Assembly (NCBI GenBank): GCA_902561355.1
Contig: CACEPG010000001.1
Coordinates: 28,457-92,456, forward strand
Origin: an uncultured Alphaproteobacteria bacterium
Lineage (GTDB): Bacteria; Pseudomonadota; Alphaproteobacteria; HIMB59; GCA-002718135
Reading direction: 5' to 3'
DNA: 64,000 nucleotides
Numbering within the stretch: the first letter of the stretch is position 1; the number at the start of each line of letters is the position of its first letter. Shown here piece after piece: positions 19,609 through 29,008 of this stretch. A program made the position numbers and the translations under genes. The notes under the pieces are model-generated. The model saw only the letters and a program-made list of their open reading frames with translations, was not told the DNA's origin and searched no databases.

Positions 19609-20598
19609 ATGTCATCTGAATTTTTAATTTCAAAAATTAAAAAAAATAATTTTTTATTAATTGGTAGAGCTGGTATTGATATCTACCCTGATCCTCCAGG
19701 CACTAAAACTGAAAATGCTAAAACATTTGTTTCTCATTTAGGTGGCTCATCTGCAAATATGGGTGTTCAATTAACCAAATATGGTGGATCATGTTCTTTA
19801 CTTACAAGAGTATCAAATGATGCATTAGGTAAGTTTACTATAAACCAATTAGAATATTATGGAGTGAAGAAAAATTTAGTTAAATTAGAAGATAATGAAT
19901 CTAGAATCTCATTTGCTATTGTTGAGTCAACTGTAGAAGATCATCAATCAATAATTTATAGACATAAAGCAGCTGATTTATTTTTAAATAAAAATGATAT
20001 CGAAAATTGTAATATTCAAAATTATGAATGTATATTGATTACGGGAACTTCACTTGCTGCCGAACCATCTCGAAGTTCAGTTTTATACGCTTTGGAATTA
20101 GCTAAAGAAAAAAATATACCAGTTATTATGGATATTGATTATAGACCTTATACTTGGGAGTCTGCAGATAAAGCAAAACAAATATATAATCTTGCTTGTG
20201 ACTATTGTTCTGGAATTATAGGTAATGATGATGAATTTGCTATTCTCTCCGGAAGCTATGATGATGGTTTGAATTATGCAAAAAAAATATCAACTGAATG
20301 TGATTTAGTAATTTATAAAATGGGTGAAAAAGGTTCAATAACTTTTGCAAATAATGAAGAAATTTCAACAGGAATTTTTCCAGTTAAACCACTTAAACCA
20401 ACAGGCGCTGGTGATGCTTTTATGGGATCATTAATTGGGGCCCTATTAAAAAATTATGCTCTTAAAAGAGCTATAGAAATTGGTTCAGCCGCTGCAGCAA
20501 TTGTTGTAACTAAGGTTGGATGTGCTCCAGCTATGCCAGATTTGGATGAAGTTTTAGATTTTATGAAAAATAATAACATTAAAAAAGGAGATACATAA
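19609..20598 (+). CDS. iolC: 5-dehydro-2-deoxygluconokinase (PfkB family)
   Basis: IGRAGIDIYP, GGSSAN, DIDYRP, GAGDAF; adjacent to iolB. Confidence 0.85.
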   Translation: MSSEFLISKIKKNNFLLIGRAGIDIYPDPPGTKTENAKTFVSHLGGSSANMGVQLTKYGGSCSLLTRVSNDALGKFTINQLEYYGVKKNLVKLEDNESRISFAIVESTVEDHQSIIYRHKAADLFLNKNDIENCNIQNYECILITGTSLAAEPSRSSVLYALELAKEKNIPVIMDIDYRPYTWESADKAKQIYNLACDYCSGIIGNDDEFAILSGSYDDGLNYAKKISTECDLVIYKMGEKGSITFANNEEISTGIFPVKPLKPTGAGDAFMGSLIGALLKNYALKRAIEIGSAAAAIVVTKVGCAPAMPDLDEVLDFMKNNNIKKGDT

Positions 20599-21437
20599 TG
20601 CATATACCACCATTTGATAATCAAAATAAACCCATAGTTGATATGGATGATAATCATGTTCCACTCAATTATTTTAATATTGTTAAGCTAAAAAAAGATC
20701 AAAGTTTTGAATATGTTACCCCTGGTTATGAAACTTGTATCGTACCTGCTACAGGCACTATAAACTTAAATATTGAAGGTTATGAAGTAAAGGATTTAGG
20801 TAATAGGACTTTAGATGTATGGGACGGCGAACCAGAGGGTGCCTATGTTCCATCTGGTTCAAAAGCTTCCTTTGTTGCACTTAAAGATTCTGAAATTTTT
20901 ATTGCTGGTGCAAAATTTGATAAAACTTTAGAACCTTTTGCTGTTAGAGTTAATGAAATTGATAAGGTTCAGTATGGATCTGATGATACAAAAACACATA
21001 GGAAAATTAAACATATTCTTGGTGCTAAACATCATGATAAAGTAGGCAGACTGCTATGTAATGAACTTTATACAGTAGGGCAGGGTGGTTGGTCTGGTTT
21101 TCCTCCTCATAAACATGACACTGATCGACTTCCAGATGAAACACGTCATGATGAAACTTATAATTATCGTTTCCGTCCAAATAATGGATTTGGATTTCAA
21201 TTATTTCAACAAGTAGATGAGAAAGTTGGAAAAGCAGAACATATAATTGATGGATCAACAATTGCAATTAGAACAGGTTACCATCCTTGCGTTGTCGCAC
21301 CTGGTTATGAAATGTATTATTTCACTATTTTAGGTGGTTTATCTCAAAGATCTCTTGTTCAATATTTTCAACCTGAACATGCTTATCAAGTAGAAACTAT
21401 ACCAGGTATTAAAGATATGATTGCAAAATACAAATAA
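20598..21437 (+). CDS. iolB: 5-deoxy-glucuronate isomerase
   Basis: GWSGFPPHKHD, HDETY, GYHP, PGYEMYY. Confidence 0.9.
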   Translation: MHIPPFDNQNKPIVDMDDNHVPLNYFNIVKLKKDQSFEYVTPGYETCIVPATGTINLNIEGYEVKDLGNRTLDVWDGEPEGAYVPSGSKASFVALKDSEIFIAGAKFDKTLEPFAVRVNEIDKVQYGSDDTKTHRKIKHILGAKHHDKVGRLLCNELYTVGQGGWSGFPPHKHDTDRLPDETRHDETYNYRFRPNNGFGFQLFQQVDEKVGKAEHIIDGSTIAIRTGYHPCVVAPGYEMYYFTILGGLSQRSLVQYFQPEHAYQVETIPGIKDMIAKYK

Positions 21438-22270
21438 TGACAGCTGTAAATTTAAAAACTTTACTTAATAAAGCTAATAGAAACAATTACGCAATTGCAG
21501 GATTAGTTGTAATTACATGGGAAGATGCTCTAGCTTACACTGAGGCAGCAGATGAAACTGGTATACCTATAATTCTTCAAGCTGGCCCATCATGTAGAGC
21601 ATTTACACCGATATCTGTTTTAGGAAAAATGTTTAGGTATCTTGCTGAACAAACAAAAACTCCTATTTGTTGTCATTTAGATCATGGTTTTTCTTATAGA
21701 GAATGTAAAGAAGGTATTGATAACGGGTTCACTTCAGTGATGTATGATGGATCAAAAAAAACTTTGAAAGAAAATATCAAAACTAGTTATAAAATATCTA
21801 CTCTTGCTCATAAATATAATATTTCTGTAGAGGGAGAGATTGGTGAAGTAGGATATTTTAAAGGACAGAACTCAAAAGGTACAGATGTAAATGATGCAAA
21901 AGAATATTCTTCAAAAAGTAAAGTTGATGCTATGGCAATATCAGTAGGAAATACTCATTTACAAACAAGTAAAATTGCTAAAATTAATTACCAAAAGATT
22001 TTAGATATTCAAAAGATAACAAGATTACCTTTAGTACTTCATGGAAGTAGTGGAATTTCTTATATAATGCGAAATAAAATAGCACGAAGTACTAAAGTAG
22101 CCAAATTTAATATAGGAACAGAGCTTAGAATGATAGCCTGTAAATCATTACGAAAGAGTTATAATAATAATATAAAAAATTATGATAAAATAAGTATTAT
22201 AAAACCTTCAATTAAAATATTAAAAAAAGAAACAATAAAGGTAATTAAAAATATTGGTCCAAAAAAATGA
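21437..22270 (+). CDS. Class II fructose-bisphosphate aldolase family, probably IolJ-like
   Basis: HLDHG, GFTSVMYDGS, VEGEIG, SVGNTH, LVLHGSSG, KFNIGT; follows iolC-iolB. Confidence 0.85.
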   Translation: MTAVNLKTLLNKANRNNYAIAGLVVITWEDALAYTEAADETGIPIILQAGPSCRAFTPISVLGKMFRYLAEQTKTPICCHLDHGFSYRECKEGIDNGFTSVMYDGSKKTLKENIKTSYKISTLAHKYNISVEGEIGEVGYFKGQNSKGTDVNDAKEYSSKSKVDAMAISVGNTHLQTSKIAKINYQKILDIQKITRLPLVLHGSSGISYIMRNKIARSTKVAKFNIGTELRMIACKSLRKSYNNNIKNYDKISIIKPSIKILKKETIKVIKNIGPKK

Positions 22271-23160
22271 ATTCAAATAAATTAGCATTTATAGGTGGTA
22301 GTGGAATCTATAAATTGGATATTTTAAATGAAGTTATTGAGCATGATATTGTCTCATCTTTTGGAAAACCATCAAGTAAAATTCTTGAAGGTAAAGTAAA
22401 TGGAAATTCAATATTTTTTTTATCAAGGCACGGAGTTGGTCACCGACTTTCACCTTCAGAAATAAATTATAGAGCTAATATTGAATGTTTAAAGCAACTT
22501 GGAATAACTGATATTATTTCATTATCTGCTGTTGGCTCATTGAGGGAAGACTTGGATCCCGGGACTTTTGTAATAGTTGATCAATTTATTGATAGAACAA
22601 TTAATAGAAAAAAAACTTTTTTTGAAAATGGAATAGTAGCTCATGTTCCAATGGCTGAACCAACTAATAAAACTCTAATGAATATATCTAAAGTTGTTTT
22701 AGAAAGTTTAAATATAAAAAATTCATTAGGAGGTACTTATTTAGCTATGGAAGGTCCACAATTTTCAAGCAAGTCAGAGTCTTTATTATACAGAAGTTGG
22801 AATTGTGACGTAATAGGAATGACAAATATGCCTGAAGCTAAATTAGCTAGAGAAGCTGAAATTAGATATGCATCTATTTCTATGGTTACTGATTTTGATT
22901 CGTGGAGTTCAGAGCATGAAAACGTTGATTTACAAATGCTTTTAGAAACTATGGGTAAAAATATTGAGAAATCAAAAAAATTCATTTTAAATTTCTCAAA
23001 CAAATATTTTTCTAATCTTGATTTTTCTAATGATAATACATCAACTATATTAAATACATCAATTGTTACACAATATGAACATTGGAATAGGGAAATTGAA
23101 TTTAAATTAGCTAATATTTTAAAAAGGTTTAAGCAAGAAAATAATGTTGGTTCAAAATAA
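22267..23160 (+). CDS. mtnP: S-methyl-5'-thioadenosine phosphorylase
   Basis: IGGSG, RHG, INYRANI, MEGPQFS, GMTNMPEAKLAREAE, VTDFDSW. Confidence 0.92.
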   Translation: MNSNKLAFIGGSGIYKLDILNEVIEHDIVSSFGKPSSKILEGKVNGNSIFFLSRHGVGHRLSPSEINYRANIECLKQLGITDIISLSAVGSLREDLDPGTFVIVDQFIDRTINRKKTFFENGIVAHVPMAEPTNKTLMNISKVVLESLNIKNSLGGTYLAMEGPQFSSKSESLLYRSWNCDVIGMTNMPEAKLAREAEIRYASISMVTDFDSWSSEHENVDLQMLLETMGKNIEKSKKFILNFSNKYFSNLDFSNDNTSTILNTSIVTQYEHWNREIEFKLANILKRFKQENNVGSK

Positions 23161-24217
23161 AAATCTTACTACTATTTGGTATGAGCAAAATACTGATAAA
23201 ATAAAAATTATTGATCAACGTTTGATACCATTTGAATTAAAAATAATTGAACTTAATACTGTTGATGATGTTTGCTTTGCTATTAAAGAAATGCAAGTAA
23301 GAGGAGCCCCACTTATAGGTGTTACTGCTGCTTATGGTATGTATATTGCAGCTAGAGAAAACATTAATTTAAAAAAAGCTTCAGAAAAAATTAATGCAAC
23401 TAGACCCACTGCTGTAAATTTATCATGGGCGTTAAATAAAATAATGAATAGTATTCAAGATATCAAAAAAGCTGAATTACCTTTTAAAATACTGAAACTA
23501 GCAAATCAAATTAGAGAAGATGATATAAATAATTGTCATAATATTGGAAAGCATGGTTATGAATTAATAAAGGAAGTTTATGAAAAAAATAATAAACCAG
23601 TAAATATTTTAACACACTGTAATGCTGGATGGTTAGCAACTGTAGACTGGGGAACTGCTCTTGCCCCTATATTTGTAGCACATAAAAATAATATACCAAT
23701 TCATGTGTGGGTTGATGAAACAAGACCTAGAAATCAGGGTTTTAGCTTAACATCTTGGGAGTTATTAAATGAAAATATCCCAAATTCACTAATAGTAGAC
23801 AATGTTGGCGGACATCTCATGCAGAATAAAAAAGTTGATATATGTATAACTGGTACTGATAGAACAGCTAGTAATGGTGATGTTTGTAATAAAATTGGAA
23901 CTTACCTAAAAGCTTTAGCTGCTCATGATAATAATGTACCTTTTTATGTTTCTGCCCCTATTTCTAGTATTGATTTCAATATTGAAAATGGAATTAGAGA
24001 TATACCAATTGAACAAAGGGAATCAGAAGAAGTCTCTTATATTCAGGGATTAGATGAGAATAATATAATAAAAAAAGTTAAAATAGTTCCAGAAGGTGCT
24101 CAATGTTCAAATTATGCATTTGATGTTACTCCTGCTAAATATATTAGTAAACTGATAACAGAAAAAGGTATTATTGATGCAAATTTATCCTCAATAAGTA
24201 AATTAAAAAAAATATGA
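23144..24217 (+). CDS. mtnA: S-methyl-5-thioribose-1-phosphate isomerase
   Basis: VRGAPLIG, TRPTAVNL, LTHCNAGWLA, DETRP, NKIGTY, AFDVTP. Confidence 0.95.
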   Translation: MLVQNKNLTTIWYEQNTDKIKIIDQRLIPFELKIIELNTVDDVCFAIKEMQVRGAPLIGVTAAYGMYIAARENINLKKASEKINATRPTAVNLSWALNKIMNSIQDIKKAELPFKILKLANQIREDDINNCHNIGKHGYELIKEVYEKNNKPVNILTHCNAGWLATVDWGTALAPIFVAHKNNIPIHVWVDETRPRNQGFSLTSWELLNENIPNSLIVDNVGGHLMQNKKVDICITGTDRTASNGDVCNKIGTYLKALAAHDNNVPFYVSAPISSIDFNIENGIRDIPIEQRESEEVSYIQGLDENNIIKKVKIVPEGAQCSNYAFDVTPAKYISKLITEKGIIDANLSSISKLKKI

Positions 24218-26238
24218 AAAATCTTTGGAATAAAAAAATCGCTAATGATTATATAAAAAAATATAAAAAAAAGAAAATTTCAAAAGATCTTGCTTTAAGA
24301 ATATATACAACACATTTACTTGGTTCAGAAAAAAAATTAGTTTTGCATGGTGGTGGCAACACTTCTTTAAAAGAAACACAAAAAGATATCTTCAATAAAA
24401 TTACTAATGTCATGCATGTTAAAGGTAGTGGGTGGGATATGTCCAATCTAACAGAAGAAGGTATGCCTACAGTTTTTTTAGAACCATTAATAAAAACTTT
24501 AAAATTTCAAAATATGACTGATAAAAATATGGTTAATTTTTTGAGAAATAATTTATTAAATTCTTCATCTCCTAATCCTTCAGTAGAGACATTATTACAT
24601 GCTTTTTTACCTCATAAATATATAGATCATACTCATTCAAATGCTATTTTAAGTTTAGTAAATTTAGAAAATTCTAACACAATATTAAAAAAAATATTTG
24701 GAAACAAACTGGCTATTGTTCCATATGTTATGCCTGGCTTTGATTTAGCTAAAATATGCTATCAAATTTACAATAAAGATAAAAAAGTTGAAGGAATGCT
24801 TTTGCTTAACCACGGGATATTTACTTTCGCAGCAACTGCAGAAGATAGCTATAATCGAATGATTAAATATGTAACTTTAGCGGAAAATTATATTAAAAAA
24901 TGTAAATTAAAATCAAAGAAAATATATTCAATTAATAAAAAAAATAATAATTTTGATATAGGAAAATTACAAAATCAACTTCGCAAAATTTATTTTAATA
25001 CCACTAAAACTAAATGGATTATAAAACATAATGGCAACAAAGATGATATTTTATTAAGTAATCTAAAAAATTTAAAAAAAATGTTTGATAAAGGTCCTGT
25101 AACACCAGATCATGTTATTAGAATTAAATCAAAACCTCTCATAATAGAATCTATTATTAATAAAAAAGATAACTTTATTGAAAATAGTATAATGAAATAT
25201 GTAAGTGAATATAAAAAATATTTTTTAAAATACAAAAATACTATTAAGAATGCTAAAATTGCTGATCCTTTACCTAGAATAATAATTGTGCCTAATTTAG
25301 GTTATTTTTCTATAGGACTTACTCAAAAAGAAGAACAAATCTCTAATGATATTTTTCTATCTATGAAAGAATCAATAATTGACTCTAATTTTGTCTCTAC
25401 TTTTAAATCTATTAGTCAAAAAGAAATTTTTAAAATGGAATATTGGCCTCTTGAAAGAGCAAAACTTAATTCCAAAAAGAGAAAAAAATTTGAAGGAAAT
25501 ATTGCCATTATAACTGGTGGAGCAGGTAAAATTGGATCAGCTATTGCTAAAAAATTTTTGAATGAGAATATTGAAGTAGTTCTTTTTGATAAAAATTTTA
25601 AGAATATTGAACAAGAAATAAAAAAAGAATGCATTTGTATAAAATGTGATTTAAGTAATAAAGAGCAAGTTAAATTATCTATCAATAAGGTTGTTAGTAA
25701 ATTTGGTGGTATAGACATTTTAATTTCCAATTCTGGATCAGCATTTCAGGGTCAAATGAAAGACCTAGATGAAAAAATCTTACAAACAAGTATGTCTAAT
25801 AACTTTTATTCACACCATTACATTATTCAAGAAACAGTTAAAATCATGATTAACCAATCATTTGGTGGTTCAATATCAATAAATCTATCTAAACAATCTA
25901 TTAATCCAGGAAATAATTTTGGTCCTTATGGCATAGCTAAAGCAAGTGCATTATTTATGATGAAACAATATGCGCTTGAATGTGGAATACACAATATTAG
26001 AGTTAATGGAGTTAATGCAGATAGAATACAAAGTGGATTACTTACAAAAGCAATGATTGCTCAAAGAGCTAAAGCTAGAGGTATTAAAGAAAGTGATTAT
26101 TTAAAAAATAATTTACTAAATAAAGAAGTTACTGCATCAGATGTTGCTGAATCTTTTTACGTTCAACTTTCTTTAGATAAAACAACAGCTAATATAATTA
26201 CTGTAGATGGTGGAAATATTGAAGCAAGTCTTAGATAA
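24214..26238 (+). CDS. Bifunctional class II aldolase / short-chain dehydrogenase fusion
   Basis: N-terminal HGGGNTS, VKGSG, PSVETLLH, DHTH, NHG (Zn aldolase). C-terminal TGGAGKIG, YGIAK, VDGG (SDR). Confidence 0.9.
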   Translation: MKNLWNKKIANDYIKKYKKKKISKDLALRIYTTHLLGSEKKLVLHGGGNTSLKETQKDIFNKITNVMHVKGSGWDMSNLTEEGMPTVFLEPLIKTLKFQNMTDKNMVNFLRNNLLNSSSPNPSVETLLHAFLPHKYIDHTHSNAILSLVNLENSNTILKKIFGNKLAIVPYVMPGFDLAKICYQIYNKDKKVEGMLLLNHGIFTFAATAEDSYNRMIKYVTLAENYIKKCKLKSKKIYSINKKNNNFDIGKLQNQLRKIYFNTTKTKWIIKHNGNKDDILLSNLKNLKKMFDKGPVTPDHVIRIKSKPLIIESIINKKDNFIENSIMKYVSEYKKYFLKYKNTIKNAKIADPLPRIIIVPNLGYFSIGLTQKEEQISNDIFLSMKESIIDSNFVSTFKSISQKEIFKMEYWPLERAKLNSKKRKKFEGNIAIITGGAGKIGSAIAKKFLNENIEVVLFDKNFKNIEQEIKKECICIKCDLSNKEQVKLSINKVVSKFGGIDILISNSGSAFQGQMKDLDEKILQTSMSNNFYSHHYIIQETVKIMINQSFGGSISINLSKQSINPGNNFGPYGIAKASALFMMKQYALECGIHNIRVNGVNADRIQSGLLTKAMIAQRAKARGIKESDYLKNNLLNKEVTASDVAESFYVQLSLDKTTANIITVDGGNIEASLR

Positions 26239-26241
26239 TTA

Positions 26242-26658
26242 ATGATACTAAAAATTTTAGAAAAATTTGGAAGAAAGAAAACAGTTTTAGATAGAGGTCC
26301 TTCACATCCAGAATTTCATAAAGCAAAACCCTGGTTAGAAAGATATTATGTTTTATTTAGAAAAAGACCAAAATGGTTTCCTTTCAATATTCTTATTCAT
26401 AGAATGTTAGATGATGATCATGGAGATGGTGTTCATAACCACATGTGTCCCTATATTACAATAATTTTAAAGGGAGGATATTGGGAAACCACTACTGATG
26501 GTAAATTTTGGAGACCTCCTGGTTACATAGGATTTAGATCAGCTGATCATCTTCATCGAGTTGATTTAAAACCAAACACAAATACAATGACTTTATTTAT
26601 ACCTGGACCATTTGGATTAAGAAAAAAGAAAAGAGCTGATTACAAAACTAAAATATAG
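26242..26658 (+). CDS. Small cupin-fold protein with HxH...H triad
   Basis: HNH, IILKGGYWE, LHRV. Confidence 0.65.
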   Translation: MILKILEKFGRKKTVLDRGPSHPEFHKAKPWLERYYVLFRKRPKWFPFNILIHRMLDDDHGDGVHNHMCPYITIILKGGYWETTTDGKFWRPPGYIGFRSADHLHRVDLKPNTNTMTLFIPGPFGLRKKKRADYKTKI

Positions 26659-26671
26659 GAGATAAAAAATT

Positions 26672-26965
26672 ATGAAAAAAGCATATTGGGTTGGCATTGT
26701 TAATGTCAAAAATCATGATGAATACAAAAAATACACAGATATAGCTGGACCTGCATTGAAAACCGCTGACGCTAAAATTTTAAGTAGAGGTGGTAAAATT
26801 ATAAACTTAGAAGGAAAAAAAATGAATCGTTTAATTGTGATTGAATTTCCATCTATGGAAAATGCTGAGTTATTTTATCATTCTGATGAATATAAAAAAG
26901 GTTTAAACTATCTTAACGATGACGTGTGTGATCGCTTTTTAAATATTGCAGAGGGTTTGGATTAA
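26672..26965 (+). CDS. DUF1330 family protein
   Basis: YKKY, RGG, EG, IEFPSME, FYHSDEY. AGGAG SD upstream. Confidence 0.85.
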   Translation: MKKAYWVGIVNVKNHDEYKKYTDIAGPALKTADAKILSRGGKIINLEGKKMNRLIVIEFPSMENAELFYHSDEYKKGLNYLNDDVCDRFLNIAEGLD

Positions 26966-27696
26966 ATAATACCATCAAAGATTAATTTAAATCCACTTAT
27001 TAAAAGTACAATATAAATTATATTATAAAATAATTTTTCAGGTATTTTTTTTTGAATAATGTATCCAAAAAAAACACTAATTATTGCTAGAGGTAATAAT
27101 ATAAAAGAAATTTTTATATTACTAACAATAAGTAAGTCTAAACTGTAATAAGGAATAAGTTTAACTAAATTTATAACACAAAAAGCCAGTGTCATAGTTC
27201 CTAAATACGATAATTTATCTAATTTTAATGGTAATAAATAGAAATTTATAGGCGGTCCACCTGCATGAATTAAGAAGCTTGTATATCCAGCAGTAGCTGA
27301 CCAAAAAGAACCTTTAATTTTTGTAGGTTTAAGCAGAAAGTTACTTTTTTGCATAAATGAAATAACCACAAATAATATTGATATTGTTCCAACTAAAATT
27401 CTTATTTGGTTTTCAGATGTATACTGAAAAGTAAATGACCCAATAATAATACCTATAATTGATGCTGGAATAATAATTTTTAAAATTTTTAATTTCCATT
27501 TATTCCAATAAATATAAATAGCTATCAAATCCATCACAATTAATAATGGTAAAAGTATAGCAGCTGCTTTTATTGGACTCATGACGAAAGACATTACCGG
27601 AACTGCTAACATAGCTATAGGGCCAGGAAAACCACCTTTTGAAATTCCAAAAACCACTACACCAAAAGAAGCAAATAAAAAAAATGTTAAATCCAC
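26962..27696 (-). CDS. TauE/SafE family sulfite/anion exporter
   Basis: GISKGGF, AAAILLPLL, HAGGPP, KLIPY; about 8 TM helices. Confidence 0.85.
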   Translation of the reverse strand: MDLTFFLFASFGVVVFGISKGGFPGPIAMLAVPVMSFVMSPIKAAAILLPLLIVMDLIAIYIYWNKWKLKILKIIIPASIIGIIIGSFTFQYTSENQIRILVGTISILFVVISFMQKSNFLLKPTKIKGSFWSATAGYTSFLIHAGGPPINFYLLPLKLDKLSYLGTMTLAFCVINLVKLIPYYSLDLLIVSNIKISFILLPLAIISVFFGYIIQKKIPEKLFYNIIYIVLLISGFKLIFDGII

Positions 27697-27698
27697 TA

Positions 27699-28859
27699 CT
27701 ATTTTAAAACTTTAAATGCTTTTAGGATATCGTTTGTTTGATCTTTTGAGTCTTCTAATCCACAATATACTCTTATTAAATTTCCCCTCACATTACTTTT
27801 AAATTTCCTTTTGCTTATAGGAGGAAAAGTTATTAAACTTTCAAAACCTCCCCAACTATAGCCAAGTTTAAAAATTTTTAATTTATTAAAGAATTTTTCT
27901 ATCATTTTGTTCGAAAATTTTTTCTTTAAAGAGAAAGCAAATAATCCTGAACTTCCTGAAAAATCTCTTTTCCAAATTTTGTGATTAATTGTATTGGGTA
28001 AAGCGGGATGAAATACTTTATCTACCAAAGGATGAGTATCCAGTACTTTTGCAAGTTCAAGTGCATTTTTTTCAATTTGTTTCAATCTCAGATTTAAAGT
28101 AGGTATTCCTCTTAATGCTAAATAGACTTCTTCAGATCCTGGACACATTCCTAAAGTTTTTGCAATAACTCTAATTTTTTTAGCATGTTTTTTATCAGAA
28201 CTTAAAAATCCAATTAATACATCTGAATGACCATTAATATATTTTGTGCCAGCATCTATGATTATATTAACACCTAGTTTAAAAGGATTACAAAACAAAG
28301 GAGACCCCCAACTATTATCCATCACGGTTGGTATATTCCTTTTTTTTGCAATTTTTGCTATAAAGGGTATGTCTAATATTTCAAAAGTAGCAGTTCCTGG
28401 TGATTCTAAAAAAATTAATTTTGTTTTATTAGAAATAAAATTTTCAAAATTTTGAATATTTTTTATTGGGTGGAAATAATTAATTTTTATACCATATAGT
28501 TTTAAAATTTTTTCACAAAAAGTTCTCGTGGGACTATAGACTGTGTCATTAATTAATACTTCATCATCTTTTTTTAAAAATGCAAAAAATGGAATAATTA
28601 ATGCTGCTAATCCAGATGGTGCAATAATTGTATCTTCAGCGTAATAAAGTTTTGAAATACAATCTTCTAATTGTTTATGAGAAGGGTTTTGATTTATGCC
28701 GTATAAAGTAGTTCTATCGTCTGCATTATTAATATCATCAAGATAATCTTCAAAGTTATTAAAAATCATCGTAGAACCCTTGTAAATACCTGGATTTACA
28801 AATCCTTTTTGTTTTTTTGGGTCTCTACCTATTGTTGTTAATTTAGTATTTGTGCCCAT
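27699..28859 (-). CDS. metC: Cystathionine beta-lyase
   Basis: FVNP, ESPG, DNSW, GTKYINGHSD (PLP Lys), GYSWGGFESL. Divergent from aapJ, as in rhizobia. Confidence 0.88.
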   Translation of the reverse strand: MGTNTKLTTIGRDPKKQKGFVNPGIYKGSTMIFNNFEDYLDDINNADDRTTLYGINQNPSHKQLEDCISKLYYAEDTIIAPSGLAALIIPFFAFLKKDDEVLINDTVYSPTRTFCEKILKLYGIKINYFHPIKNIQNFENFISNKTKLIFLESPGTATFEILDIPFIAKIAKKRNIPTVMDNSWGSPLFCNPFKLGVNIIIDAGTKYINGHSDVLIGFLSSDKKHAKKIRVIAKTLGMCPGSEEVYLALRGIPTLNLRLKQIEKNALELAKVLDTHPLVDKVFHPALPNTINHKIWKRDFSGSSGLFAFSLKKKFSNKMIEKFFNKLKIFKLGYSWGGFESLITFPPISKRKFKSNVRGNLIRVYCGLEDSKDQTNDILKAFKVLK

Positions 28860-29008
28860 AACCTACTATATTTAGTATGTTACAAAATAATAACACACTT
28901 TTATTAAATTGATTAAAATTAATTATTTCGAATAACTTATTATTTTGCTATTGGGTAGCAATCTTTGTAAAAAGATCCTTAAATAATTATTTAAAGAGAG
29001 GAAATAAT

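Noticed and set aside
24214..26238. Calling the fusion rhaD (rhamnose catabolism) or mtnB
   Set aside because: No rhamnose isomerase or kinase is nearby, and MtnB is a single small domain. The symbol was left empty.
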